The position numbers and the translations under genes are program-made. Shown piece after piece: positions 54,619 to 63,453 of a DNA stretch of 64,000 nucleotides. Numbering within the stretch: position 1 is the stretch's first letter; every line of letters starts with the position of its first letter. Source of the stretch: a virus; IMG/VR virus record IMGVR_UViG_3300011113_000649, positions 41,554 to 105,553 of that record; one strand, 5' to 3'. The notes under the pieces were generated by a model. That model ran no database searches and had not been told where the DNA came from. It worked only from the letters and a program-made list of their open reading frames with translations.

Positions 54619-55529
54619 ACAGTTACTCCTTTCATTAGCAGTTCATGATTAGCAATTGCCAAATCTTTTGATTTCAATTCCATATCAATATCAAAATCCA
54701 GACCATAAGTATCGAAGATATTATCTGAATAATCTGCGTGTTTACGAGGATTATTTCCGGGTGCGGATTCGCTATAATGAAAAAGCGGTCTATATCCATG
54801 CCATGTATCGTAGCACATTTTAAGTGCGGTTTCTTCGTCTAGTCCATTAGGATTGCACTTGTGATGAAGATAATCAAAAGTGATGGGAATGTTGGTAGCA
54901 GGATGAAATATATTAACGAGTTCATCTACACTCCAGCAGTTAACTTTGTCATCATTTTCAATAACCAGTCTAGCCCTACAATTAGGATCAAGACGATTAA
55001 AATTTTGCATAAATCTATCAATGATTTCAACATGTGTTCCGTTTTTATTGTGTACATGAAGGTTCATGGGCGAATTATAATTTGCCGGACAGCCGATTCT
55101 GTCGAAGAAACTGCTGTAGAAATTGAGTTCTGTGATTGTTTTTTCGACTGCTTTAGGATTGGTTGAAGCAAGGACGTTAAATTCACTAGGATGACAAGTA
55201 ACACGAACATTAGTAGTGGCAATACTTTGTGAGATATTATCAAACTCGCTTTGAATATTGTTATAATTAGGCAAATCCTCTAAATCTACATTGGCTTCGT
55301 CATAAGTAATAAGAGGAAAAATGTCGCTACTAACACGATAAGTATAATTATTTTCAGCACAAAATTGAATAGTCTTGTCGGTTACAACTAGATTGTTATA
55401 AATTCTATCTCCAAGAATTTCTAGTGCTTCTTCTCGTGGCAAACTAGAAAAACGTTTATAGGTCATCGTCTGATGACTAAAACCTTGCTCTTTGAGTTTG
55501 AGCGAAATACAACACAAGCCTAGACGCAT
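54615..55529 (-). CDS. uvsE: UV damage endonuclease
   Basis: RLGLCCI, YRVSSDIFP, HPSEF, IENDD, FDYLHH, FHYSES, HADY, ELKSKD. Confidence 0.92.
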   Translation of the reverse strand: MRLGLCCISLKLKEQGFSHQTMTYKRFSSLPREEALEILGDRIYNNLVVTDKTIQFCAENNYTYRVSSDIFPLITYDEANVDLEDLPNYNNIQSEFDNISQSIATTNVRVTCHPSEFNVLASTNPKAVEKTITELNFYSSFFDRIGCPANYNSPMNLHVHNKNGTHVEIIDRFMQNFNRLDPNCRARLVIENDDKVNCWSVDELVNIFHPATNIPITFDYLHHKCNPNGLDEETALKMCYDTWHGYRPLFHYSESAPGNNPRKHADYSDNIFDTYGLDFDIDMELKSKDLAIANHELLMKGVTV

Positions 55530-55548
55530 AGTTTCCTCGTTTCTGGTC

Positions 55549-55576
55549 AGTATATCACATTATCGACCACGGTCAA
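55549..55576 (-). promoter_or_regulatory. sigma70-like promoter with GTCGATA in spacer
   Basis: TTGACC-GTGGTCGATAATGTGA-TATACT. Confidence 0.7.
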
Positions 55577-55767
55577 GAGGCTACTTGAGAAATTTCTTCA
55601 GCACTGTAAATTTTTACAAGAGTGAACTCGATAGAAGGAAAATGTAATTTAAAATTATCTATGGCATTTTCTGGAGAAAATCCATCGAATTCTTGATTGA
55701 AAAGTATAGTTTGTTTACTGAGATCATTATTTTTGTAAACTTGTGCTGTAATATTAAAAAGTTTCAT
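55573..55767 (-). CDS. hypothetical protein
   Basis: ORF. Confidence 0.5.
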   Translation of the reverse strand: MKLFNITAQVYKNNDLSKQTILFNQEFDGFSPENAIDNFKLHFPSIEFTLVKIYSAEEISQVAS

Positions 55768-55821
55768 TTGTGTAAATTCTTGAAAATTGGTGTATTTTTT
55801 TTAAAAAGGAGTAAGTAATAA

Positions 55822-56460
55822 ATGTCTAAAAAAATATGCAGTTTATGTAAAAAAGGGAAAACATTTTCAAAATTTTATCATAAAAAAGGTGGTGCTTTTG
55901 GATTGGATTCAAAATGTAAAGATTGTGTAGCATTATATCATAAAAAATATTTTCAAAAAAACAAGTCAGAAATTTTGTTAAACCGCCAAAATTATATGGT
56001 GGAGTATAGAGAATCAAATAAAGAAAAAATTTCAGAATATAATAAAAAATACTATGACCAAAATAGAAAACAAATACTTAAACATAAAAAATCTAAAGAA
56101 TATCGAAAACATTCTAGAAGATATGAAAAAAATAAAAGAAAAAACGATATATCATTTAGAATTATGGGCAGTCTAAGAAGCAGGTTAAATTTGGCTATAA
56201 AAAATAATACAAAGCATGGAAAAACAAAAGACTTAATAGGTTGTAGTATTGATTTTTTAAAAGAATATTTATCGAATATGTTTCAAGAAGGAATGAGTTG
56301 GAATAATTATGGTAAAAATGGCTGGCATATAGACCATATCATGCCTTGTTCAAGTTTTGATTTAACCATATTAGAACAACAAAAATTATGTTTTCATTAT
56401 ACTAATTTACAACCTTTATGGGCAAAAGAAAATATCAGCAAATCAAATAAAATTTTATAG
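55822..56460 (+). mobile_element. free-standing HNH homing endonuclease
   Basis: AAGGAG RBS, GGTGTATT upstream, WHIDHIMPCSSF..CFHYTNLQPLWAKENISKSNK. Confidence 0.85.
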
Positions 56461-57081
56461 ATTAAATGCTTCTATGGTATATTTAAACGGATTATTTTCA
56501 ATATTTTTGACTAAATCTAACATCGTTTGTGCTATTTCTCTAATCTCTAATTGAGCATTAGGTTTATTTCTAAGAGATTGAAAATGATAAAAACTTCTCC
56601 AGTTGAAACTAACATCTGCTGTTATCTGAGTATTATATGCTCTAAAAAATCTTGCAGATTCTTTGGCTCTTTTTCTATCCATGCCGTAAGTCTCTGTCAA
56701 ACTATTTATGCAGTTATGGTATAGTTCTAGTCCTTGCTGGGTATGATGTTTTAGTTGTTCTTTCCAAATTTCAGGCCAATCATTTGGAATTAAAAATTGA
56801 TCTTCTTGAATTTCTTTATATCTTGCACTTTCTCCATTCACACTTACTCCTATTCGGTGTTTAATTATATGAATATGAGAAGCAATATCTGTAGTAACTA
56901 AAAAGTGTAGATAAGATTTTTCAAAAGGAGTATGATGACCTTCATCGGCCAACATTTTTAATAGTTTAGGTATTCTTTCAATTTTATCATATGATAGATT
57001 GCGTGATGTACTAGTCCATGCTGAACAAGCGTGAGTTCTATCGTCACCATAATATCCTAATAGTTCTATAGTGTTTTGCAT
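56455..57081 (-). CDS. thyX: FAD-dependent thymidylate synthase
   Basis: GHHTPFE, KHRIGVSVNGESARY, AKESARF, NWRS, AQLEIR; start refined to MQNTI. Confidence 0.92.
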   Translation of the reverse strand: MQNTIELLGYYGDDRTHACSAWTSTSRNLSYDKIERIPKLLKMLADEGHHTPFEKSYLHFLVTTDIASHIHIIKHRIGVSVNGESARYKEIQEDQFLIPNDWPEIWKEQLKHHTQQGLELYHNCINSLTETYGMDRKRAKESARFFRAYNTQITADVSFNWRSFYHFQSLRNKPNAQLEIREIAQTMLDLVKNIENNPFKYTIEAFNL

Positions 57082-57085
57082 AATA

Positions 57086-57352
57086 TTAATAATCCGATGT
57101 TGTGATTTTTTTGGTTTCTTGATTTTCTTTATATTCTTTTTGATGTTCAAGCCACTTATTATCTGTAATATGATTATATATTGCGGTTGCAACCTTGCTT
57201 ACTCTTAACGCTACGCCAGTTACGGATGGGTCTTCATTTTTAGACCAGTAATAACTTGCTCCATTCAAACTGTCATCTTTTTCTTTGACTATGGAATAAC
57301 CCCAATCTTTAGCCCAACTTTTGATTTCTGTAATTTTAAACATAGTTAACAA
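57086..57352 (-). CDS. hypothetical protein
   Basis: ORF downstream of promoter 57356..57383. Confidence 0.55.
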   Translation of the reverse strand: MLTMFKITEIKSWAKDWGYSIVKEKDDSLNGASYYWSKNEDPSVTGVALRVSKVATAIYNHITDNKWLEHQKEYKENQETKKITTSDY

Positions 57353-57645
57353 CCCATTGTATCAGTTCGTTGCGGCTTGTCAAGATTCTTGGCGGCAGTA
57401 CCGTCGTTTTTGTCATATCTTTTCCACGCTTCTTTGTGTTTAAAAGATACAATTTGTTCGGTTTGTTGTGATATGATTTTTCTTTGATAATCAATTAAAT
57501 TCCATAACTGTTTAATATAATCTAATATTTCATCTCTTTTATATTGTGTAATAATTTTATTAATTGTCGAACTATTCATTGGGTCATACTTTAATTTTAA
57601 ACCAAACTCTTTTTCCCAATCTTGTGGATTATACATTGGTGTCAT
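57346..57645 (-). CDS. hypothetical protein
   Basis: Coupled ORF. Confidence 0.55.
   Translation of the reverse strand: MTPMYNPQDWEKEFGLKLKYDPMNSSTINKIITQYKRDEILDYIKQLWNLIDYQRKIISQQTEQIVSFKHKEAWKRYDKNDGTAAKNLDKPQRTDTMGC
57356..57383 (-). promoter_or_regulatory. sigma70-like promoter
   Basis: TTGACA-AGCCGCAACGAACTGA-TACAAT. Confidence 0.6.
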
Positions 57646-57872
57646 TTTTGTAGTTGTTCCTCTGCGGAATATTTGCGTTTAGCCTCAAATCCAGCCGCAT
57701 ATCCTTTTATGTATACTTGTTTTAATAAGCTTATAATTCTGTCATCAATCTCTCTATAAAGATCTCCGTTATTTTGTATAAACCAGCCATCAAAAGATTT
57801 TTCTTCATCGCATAACTCATCCAAGTTTTTTGTCATGTTTTCTATGCTTTCTATAAATAGACATAATACCAT
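57642..57872 (-). CDS. hypothetical protein
   Basis: True start probably MTKNL. Confidence 0.5.
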   Translation of the reverse strand: MVLCLFIESIENMTKNLDELCDEEKSFDGWFIQNNGDLYREIDDRIISLLKQVYIKGYAAGFEAKRKYSAEEQLQK

Positions 57873-58440
57873 TTATAAGATTAGGGTCTAAATTAGTTCG
57901 TATGAACTCATCATCATTATCAGTAATATATGCCTGTAGTTCATCGTTTAGTACGCTTTTATCATAACCTTTTTTAAGAATATACTTAGATGCTTTAGAA
58001 AATTGTTTATAATATTTTTTTATAAAGATATCTATTTCATGTTTATACTTTTTATCATATCCATACATAGCATGAGACAGTTCGTGTCGTAATGTGCTAT
58101 TATTTTGAGCACCTATAATATAGTAGTTATCGTTTCGGTACTTTAAAAGTCCTAATAGTTCTTTTTCTTGAGTTGTTAATGGATCAAATAGTCCTTGTTT
58201 GAATGACACCAATACCGAACTAGGAAAATTAAACCCTACCCATAGTTCACTGTATAAATCGCCTCCATATTGGAGACTATAGTAGCGTTTAATATCACCA
58301 AGAGTAAAAATTTTATTCCGATATTTTTTACTTGGACTTTCATAGTATTCTTGAAAACGAATAAATGTTTCTCCAAGCTCTTTTTGTGAGTCAGCACTTA
58401 TCCAAACGCTGTTGTAGGGTTGTTTTTTTAGTTTTAGCAT
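57817..58440 (-). CDS. putative zincin-like metalloprotein
   Basis: HELSH (HExxH) and downstream DELQAY. Confidence 0.6.
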   Translation of the reverse strand: MLKLKKQPYNSVWISADSQKELGETFIRFQEYYESPSKKYRNKIFTLGDIKRYYSLQYGGDLYSELWVGFNFPSSVLVSFKQGLFDPLTTQEKELLGLLKYRNDNYYIIGAQNNSTLRHELSHAMYGYDKKYKHEIDIFIKKYYKQFSKASKYILKKGYDKSVLNDELQAYITDNDDEFIRTNLDPNLINGIMSIYRKHRKHDKKLG

Positions 58441-58444
58441 TATT

Positions 58445-58723
58445 TTACTTATAAACTATGACTGGTTGATAAACCCATTGAGTTACTGGTTGCGTTATAA
58501 TTGTTTGCTTTTTACAGAACAGATATTTTTGCTCCACAATTATATTTTGTTGAACAACGACTGGGGTCAATTGATAAACAAGAAATGGTTGAGGTTGATA
58601 AACTTGAACATATTGTTGAACAACTTGTGTTTGAGGATAACCTTGAAATGATATCCATTCTTGAGCATAAGATGGTGATTCTAATCCCATGAATATAAAA
58701 ACTAAATATTTTATTATTTTCAT
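58445..58723 (-). CDS. secreted Q/V/P/Y-rich protein
   Basis: Signal-like N-terminus, low-complexity body. Confidence 0.5.
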   Translation of the reverse strand: MKIIKYLVFIFMGLESPSYAQEWISFQGYPQTQVVQQYVQVYQPQPFLVYQLTPVVVQQNIIVEQKYLFCKKQTIITQPVTQWVYQPVIVYK

Positions 58724-58732
58724 AATATCTCC

Positions 58733-58924
58733 TTAATTATTACTCTTCCCTTTCCATTCTGGGAAATTATTTATTTCTACATTACCCAAAATTAACATAG
58801 ATGGATTTTTGGCAAGATTTCGTATAACAAAACATTTATTACCATTAATATCATAATCACAGCTAGTTATATCATATTCGGTTACGCTGTGAAGCATTTT
58901 GATAAGTATTTCAATTTCAGACAT
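58733..58924 (-). CDS. hypothetical protein
   Basis: Coupled ORF. Confidence 0.5.
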   Translation of the reverse strand: MSEIEILIKMLHSVTEYDITSCDYDINGNKCFVIRNLAKNPSMLILGNVEINNFPEWKGKSNN

Positions 58925-59153
58925 TTGAATCGGGCTCTTTTTTATCTGATTGGTTCGGTATCATATATTTATTAATCGTTGATAATTTACCATCTGCTTC
59001 ATCTAGCAAGGACACATATTTTTTGAGTTCTGCTAAAATATCTGAATGTTCACCAACCCCAACTGGAGAATTAAGATATACAGAAAGTGTGGCTAGTGCT
59101 TCACTAATTTGAGCGTTATAATGATCAATTAATGCTTTTGTAAATGGATTCAT
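58917..59153 (-). CDS. conserved phage protein
   Basis: YLNSPVGVGEHSDIL motif. Confidence 0.65.
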   Translation of the reverse strand: MNPFTKALIDHYNAQISEALATLSVYLNSPVGVGEHSDILAELKKYVSLLDEADGKLSTINKYMIPNQSDKKEPDSNV

Positions 59154-59158
59154 ATTTT

Positions 59159-59374
59159 TTATTCCTTAATCATTTTGATAAATTCGATTACATATCGTGC
59201 TGTGTCTGGAACGCTACTTCCATCCATATAGTAACTGCCAACGAAATCAAAAAAACGAGATTGATTTTTATCTTTTCTATATTCCTCATAATCCTTTGAT
59301 TCGTATTCCATAAGCAGATACTCTCCAACACAATTCATAAACTCTGTAATTTGAGCATTAAGTTTATTCTTCAT
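59159..59374 (-). CDS. hypothetical protein
   Basis: ORF. Confidence 0.5.
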   Translation of the reverse strand: MKNKLNAQITEFMNCVGEYLLMEYESKDYEEYRKDKNQSRFFDFVGSYYMDGSSVPDTARYVIEFIKMIKE

Positions 59375-59387
59375 TTTTATGTAGACT

Positions 59388-60116
59388 CTAAGTCCAAAGA
59401 TAACTTCTAATTTTAATTAATTCAATCAACATCTGGGTATCTTCGTTATCATACGCATCTTCCATCTTGGTAATCTTACGATAATAGTATTTTCCATCTT
59501 TTTCTTTGGTATAAATAGTATAAGGATCAGCCCTATTATCTCTGTTAGTCCACCAATTATACAAATCATAAACTTTTTTGGCTACTACGGCTTGATTAGT
59601 TGGTTTTCCATAATCCTTATCTTTAGGATTTACTCCATAATCTTCATTCATAATTAATTGACCAGCCCAGATTAGGTGATCCAAACCCGCTTGTTTGCAT
59701 CTTCCTTTAATAAACCTATAATTTCTATCCTCATAGGCTTTCATGGTGTGAGCCAACTCACTCTCTACATAAATCACCAACTCATTAAATAGTCCATTAA
59801 GAATTCTCCAATCCAAATCGTAATAAGTCCCCGGTTTGAGTCCGGTGCGAATATAATGAATCTTATCAATATAACGATTACGAAAATAGATATATATGGT
59901 ATGATAGATATCCATAGGCAAATTAACGATATCCTGCAAAAAATCCAATCCTTCTTCTGCCAACCAATATCTAAAAGAATTATCTTTTTTACTATTGTTT
60001 CGCCAAGTATCCCACTCGTCTAATTCTAGTGCGAATGGTTTATTTGTTCCTCTTATCCAATCAGCAAATCTGGAACAACTCCAGTAATCGAATCGGGCTC
60101 TTTTATTTAGTTTCAT
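59388..60116 (-). CDS. conserved phage protein
   Basis: YWSCSRFADWIRG..EDTQMLIELIKIRSYLWT. Confidence 0.65.
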   Translation of the reverse strand: MKLNKRARFDYWSCSRFADWIRGTNKPFALELDEWDTWRNNSKKDNSFRYWLAEEGLDFLQDIVNLPMDIYHTIYIYFRNRYIDKIHYIRTGLKPGTYYDLDWRILNGLFNELVIYVESELAHTMKAYEDRNYRFIKGRCKQAGLDHLIWAGQLIMNEDYGVNPKDKDYGKPTNQAVVAKKVYDLYNWWTNRDNRADPYTIYTKEKDGKYYYRKITKMEDAYDNEDTQMLIELIKIRSYLWT

Positions 60117-60388
60117 AGATCTATGTTTATAAAATAATGTTCTAGTGCTGCAAATAAATGGGTACGTATTGCTCCAAGCATTTCGTCGGCAGTTTTAAAG
60201 TTGTGTCCATACTTTTCATATTTTCTTAGTTGTTCGTTTAAATCCCATAATGCGAGATGATAGTTTCCAGCTTTAGATGCCTTCTCAAACTCTATCATAT
60301 CATCTGGAAGATCAAAAGTCAATGTAGCCTTCATGATGGAAAATAACTCCTTCCATTCAACGGGTCGGTATCGTGAGGATATTTGCAA
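60113..60388 (-). CDS. hypothetical protein
   Basis: True start probably MKATLTFDLPDD. Confidence 0.55.
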   Translation of the reverse strand: MQISSRYRPVEWKELFSIMKATLTFDLPDDMIEFEKASKAGNYHLALWDLNEQLRKYEKYGHNFKTADEMLGAIRTHLFAALEHYFINIDL

Positions 60389-60636
60389 GGCCCAAGAATT
60401 CTTTTACGAATTTTCTTCATACATTCTAATATTTCATTAAAACAGTGTTCGCAGATTTCAATATTATACTGAGTTCCATCTTGATTGGAAAAATACCCCC
60501 ATGTTGCTTCAATAGTGGCATATTCATGATCAAAGGATGGTTTAATTGTTGGAACTTCTTTGGTGCAAGATTGTCCACAACAATCGCATAAAATCTGGTC
60601 AACAACCTTAGTTAGTTTTTTCTTGTATGTTTTCAT
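60331..60636 (-). CDS. Zn-binding hypothetical protein
   Basis: CDCCG..WGYFS..DG..ICEHC. Confidence 0.6.
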   Translation of the reverse strand: MKTYKKKLTKVVDQILCDCCGQSCTKEVPTIKPSFDHEYATIEATWGYFSNQDGTQYNIEICEHCFNEILECMKKIRKRILGPCKYPHDTDPLNGRSYFPS

Positions 60637-61183
60637 TAAATCCAGCCTCCCAAGACGCTATTATACTCCACGATTTGTTTGAGTCAAGCCTGTAGTGAGA
60701 ATATTTGATATTAACAACTCTACCACTTTTTATTTGTATATGAGCCATTCTAAAATCTTCATAAGTTTCTGCTTCTTTTTCGGGGCCAGTAGCATAACTA
60801 CCATATTCAACCCATGTTTCTGTCATGTATTTAACATTAAGATCAAGATGCCCCTTCATTACCGGCATGAAATAATTTTTGCGACCAACTGGCTGAACAA
60901 CATCACCTCTCATAACCCATTGGTCACAATATTCAAAGTATTCTAATTCTATTTCCTTTATAGGAACAACTTCTGTTCGCCCCCAAGGATGAATACTTTC
61001 TACGTTTCCAACAACGCTGGTTGATACTATCTTAGTTTTATCAACTGGTTTGGGTTTTTGAAGTTTTTCAATATTGTTTTTATGAACAGGATTTAAAAAA
61101 TGCGCTACTAATCCAACAAGAATAATAAGAAATGCTATTCCATAGCATATAAAGTCATAAGTTTTATTCATACTTCCACACAC
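60608..61183 (-). CDS. membrane-anchored hypothetical protein
   Basis: N-terminal TM. Confidence 0.55.
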   Translation of the reverse strand: MCGSMNKTYDFICYGIAFLIILVGLVAHFLNPVHKNNIEKLQKPKPVDKTKIVSTSVVGNVESIHPWGRTEVVPIKEIELEYFEYCDQWVMRGDVVQPVGRKNYFMPVMKGHLDLNVKYMTETWVEYGSYATGPEKEAETYEDFRMAHIQIKSGRVVNIKYSHYRLDSNKSWSIIASWEAGFNENIQEKTN

Positions 61184-61428
61184 TCCACTACTTTAATAGT
61201 TCTACAGTTTTTAAAATATTGTGATGCTTTTTTAGATTCATTGACCCAATTTTCTGCTTGATCAAAAGTAAAAAAATCTACCGGCTCATAATGACCCAAT
61301 GGGCCAGTAGCAACAGTAATCCAACTCCAAAATAGCCAACCTTTTTTCTTAATCTGATATGTAACAGCACCATTACCGTTTACTAGTTTGCAGATTTTAT
61401 ATTTCATTCTAGCCCCTTGAATAACCAC
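61168..61428 (-). CDS. hypothetical protein
   Basis: True start probably MKYKI. Confidence 0.5.
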   Translation of the reverse strand: MVIQGARMKYKICKLVNGNGAVTYQIKKKGWLFWSWITVATGPLGHYEPVDFFTFDQAENWVNESKKASQYFKNCRTIKVVECVEV

Positions 61429-61901
61429 TGTTTAATTTCCATAGGATGCTTATCAGTATGAGGCTGAGTCGCACTAATATAGCCTACGGCAAAATCAATC
61501 ATTCTATTTAGATTATCTCTAACTATTTCTAGATCTTTAATTCTATTCTTTTGTCCTTGATTAACATCATAAGAAGTAGTTAATTGTTGTTTTAGATCTG
61601 TAATTTGCTGGTTTAATGGTATAACTTTAGTTTTTAATAAATCATCAATAACAGCTTGTTTACTATTTTCTGCTAGTGATAATTGTTCTTCTAGTTGTTT
61701 ATAGGTTAATTTTTTAGGATCATAAACGGTTGCTGCAAACTTATCAAGTGACTGATAGTATTTTCTTAATTCAATAACAGAATTCTCTAATTCTTTATTT
61801 TTATGTTCTAATTCAGTTATATCATCTGAAAGAGATAATATATAATTATCAAGATTTGCATATTCTTTTCGTAATTGTTCAATGGTTTTATAATCGTTCA
61901 T
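61404..61901 (-). CDS. coiled-coil protein
   Basis: Heptad pattern. Confidence 0.55.
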   Translation of the reverse strand: MNDYKTIEQLRKEYANLDNYILSLSDDITELEHKNKELENSVIELRKYYQSLDKFAATVYDPKKLTYKQLEEQLSLAENSKQAVIDDLLKTKVIPLNQQITDLKQQLTTSYDVNQGQKNRIKDLEIVRDNLNRMIDFAVGYISATQPHTDKHPMEIKQWLFKGLE

Positions 61902-62472
61902 TTAACATCCTTTTCAATTGTTTAATAGCCATAGTTTTGCTGTCTTTCATTAGATCAGTAATAAGACCATCAACCTTCTCGTCTAGCGTCAATTCTGCTG
62001 GTTTAGGTTGAACAGGCGGGTCTATCAAGTCTTTAAATATGGATCGCAGATCAACCATTTGAAGTCCTGTGATGGGATGAACCATGCCAAGCAAGTAATA
62101 GTCTGAGGTATAAAAATTTTGATTATTAGAATAGTAGTCGTTAGTTCTAAATAAACCACTATCAACATCTGTATTATTGTTGGTTTTATGTACAATAATA
62201 AACTTATCAAGTATTGTTATTTCATTATCTAGGTTAAGAGATATTCTATCAATAAAGTTATTATCTTTAATATTCCAGTGATTATATTCAGTTAAATGAA
62301 TTATACTGGTAAGACCTGTGTTGCTACTATAGTCCCCGTATGTTTCTACTTCTCTTATAGCATAAGTTCCGCCATTAATACACCAATAATATCTTTGTTT
62401 TTGTGCTAGATTTCCTTCGCACAGATATGAGGTATAGTGTAAGCAATATACTGCTATATCTTTAAGTTTCAT
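61888..62472 (-). CDS. hypothetical protein
   Basis: Coupled ORF. Confidence 0.55.
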   Translation of the reverse strand: MKLKDIAVYCLHYTSYLCEGNLAQKQRYYWCINGGTYAIREVETYGDYSSNTGLTSIIHLTEYNHWNIKDNNFIDRISLNLDNEITILDKFIIVHKTNNNTDVDSGLFRTNDYYSNNQNFYTSDYYLLGMVHPITGLQMVDLRSIFKDLIDPPVQPKPAELTLDEKVDGLITDLMKDSKTMAIKQLKRMLNERL

Positions 62473-62765
62473 TTTTCGTCCTCTTTCAAAAATCCTTCAT
62501 TAACTTTAACTCTTATTCCATCAGTATGAAATATACTAAAATCTGTTTGATATAATGGTAGATTAACTCCGATAACTTTGTTAGTTTTACCGCATCTAAT
62601 CAGACTAATATCAGCACCCTCACCTTTTATCCACTCATTATAGGTAGAAGCACTACTATCTAAAAGTAGTTCTACTCTATCACTTTCTTTATCTATCCAT
62701 AAAGACGCACACGGGTTATATTTTTTACTATCTTCTACCCAAGCGTCCCAATCAAAATTATTCAT
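62469..62765 (-). CDS. hypothetical protein
   Basis: Start refined to MNNFD after GAGG. Confidence 0.55.
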   Translation of the reverse strand: MNNFDWDAWVEDSKKYNPCASLWIDKESDRVELLLDSSASTYNEWIKGEGADISLIRCGKTNKVIGVNLPLYQTDFSIFHTDGIRVKVNEGFLKEDEK

Positions 62766-62951
62766 ATTTCCTCTTTGTATTGAAAGCACCCCCATTATTG
62801 AGCGTCACTTAAATGATATAAGGAGAGGCTACAGGATGCTACTATCTGCGATCAACTAGATAGTGTCGGTTAATTCCGATCTCTGTTAACTTTGTTTATA
62901 ACATATAGTATTGATCGGGCCAGTAATATACCACAAGTAATCTCTAATACT

Positions 62952-63104
62952 TTAGGCAGACTTATCCACAGCATATTCTGCTTCCACTTCTAGTATTCTA
63001 GGTTTTGACCTTGCATACCCCATAAAAACTGTGCTAGTAATAACTCCCATCCCAGCGACGAGAGTTACTATTATTCCTACTACGAAAATAATAAAATCGT
63101 TCAT
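62952..63104 (-). CDS. small membrane protein (50 aa)
   Basis: Manual ORF MNDFIIFVVGIIVTLVAGMGVITSTVFMGY.. Confidence 0.55.
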   Translation of the reverse strand: MNDFIIFVVGIIVTLVAGMGVITSTVFMGYARSKPRILEVEAEYAVDKSA

Positions 63105-63259
63105 TTGGTTAGATTACCCAGTGCCAGTATTGATGGAACCCAAAGACCCACAAAAATTGCTTGCTGCTTGTTAATATCAGCATCACCAGCAAACCATAGA
63201 ACAACACTAAAAACAAAACTTGCAAATGCGGCCACTAGAAAATAATTCGTACTCTTCAT
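63101..63259 (-). CDS. small two-TM protein (52 aa)
   Basis: Manual ORF MKSTNYFLVAAFASFVFSVVLWF..AIFVGLWVPSILALG; ATGA-coupled. Confidence 0.6.
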   Translation of the reverse strand: MKSTNYFLVAAFASFVFSVVLWFAGDADINKQQAIFVGLWVPSILALGNLTK

Positions 63260-63272
63260 AATAATCTTTCTA

Positions 63273-63453
63273 TTAAAGTTGAAAACCTTTCAATATCTCC
63301 AATATTCGTCGTGCCAACGAGGCACTACCAACAATTCTTCCATCAGTATAGTCCTCACCATATCCAGCATCCTTTTCATGCTGTTTTTGGTCTTTGATTT
63401 TTTGGTTACAGTTTTATAACCTCAAGTATAGTATCTTTTTGTTTTTGATTCAT
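63273..63453 (-). pseudogene. frameshifted small ORF (or sequencing error)
   Basis: MNQKQKDTILEVIKL* then a shifted frame NQKIKDQKQHEKDAGYGEDYTDGRIVG..ILKGFQL*. Confidence 0.45.

Noticed and set aside
750-60946. Short plus-strand ORFs (e.g. 1993, 8670, 38870, 47599, 52199)
   Set aside because: They are antisense shadows of well-supported minus-strand genes, with no recognisable motifs.
62910-62930. ACTGGCCCGAT, resembling part of a SAM-I riboswitch
   Set aside because: The other SAM-I elements (ATC.AGAG, GAGGG, GCAACC, GTGC) are absent.
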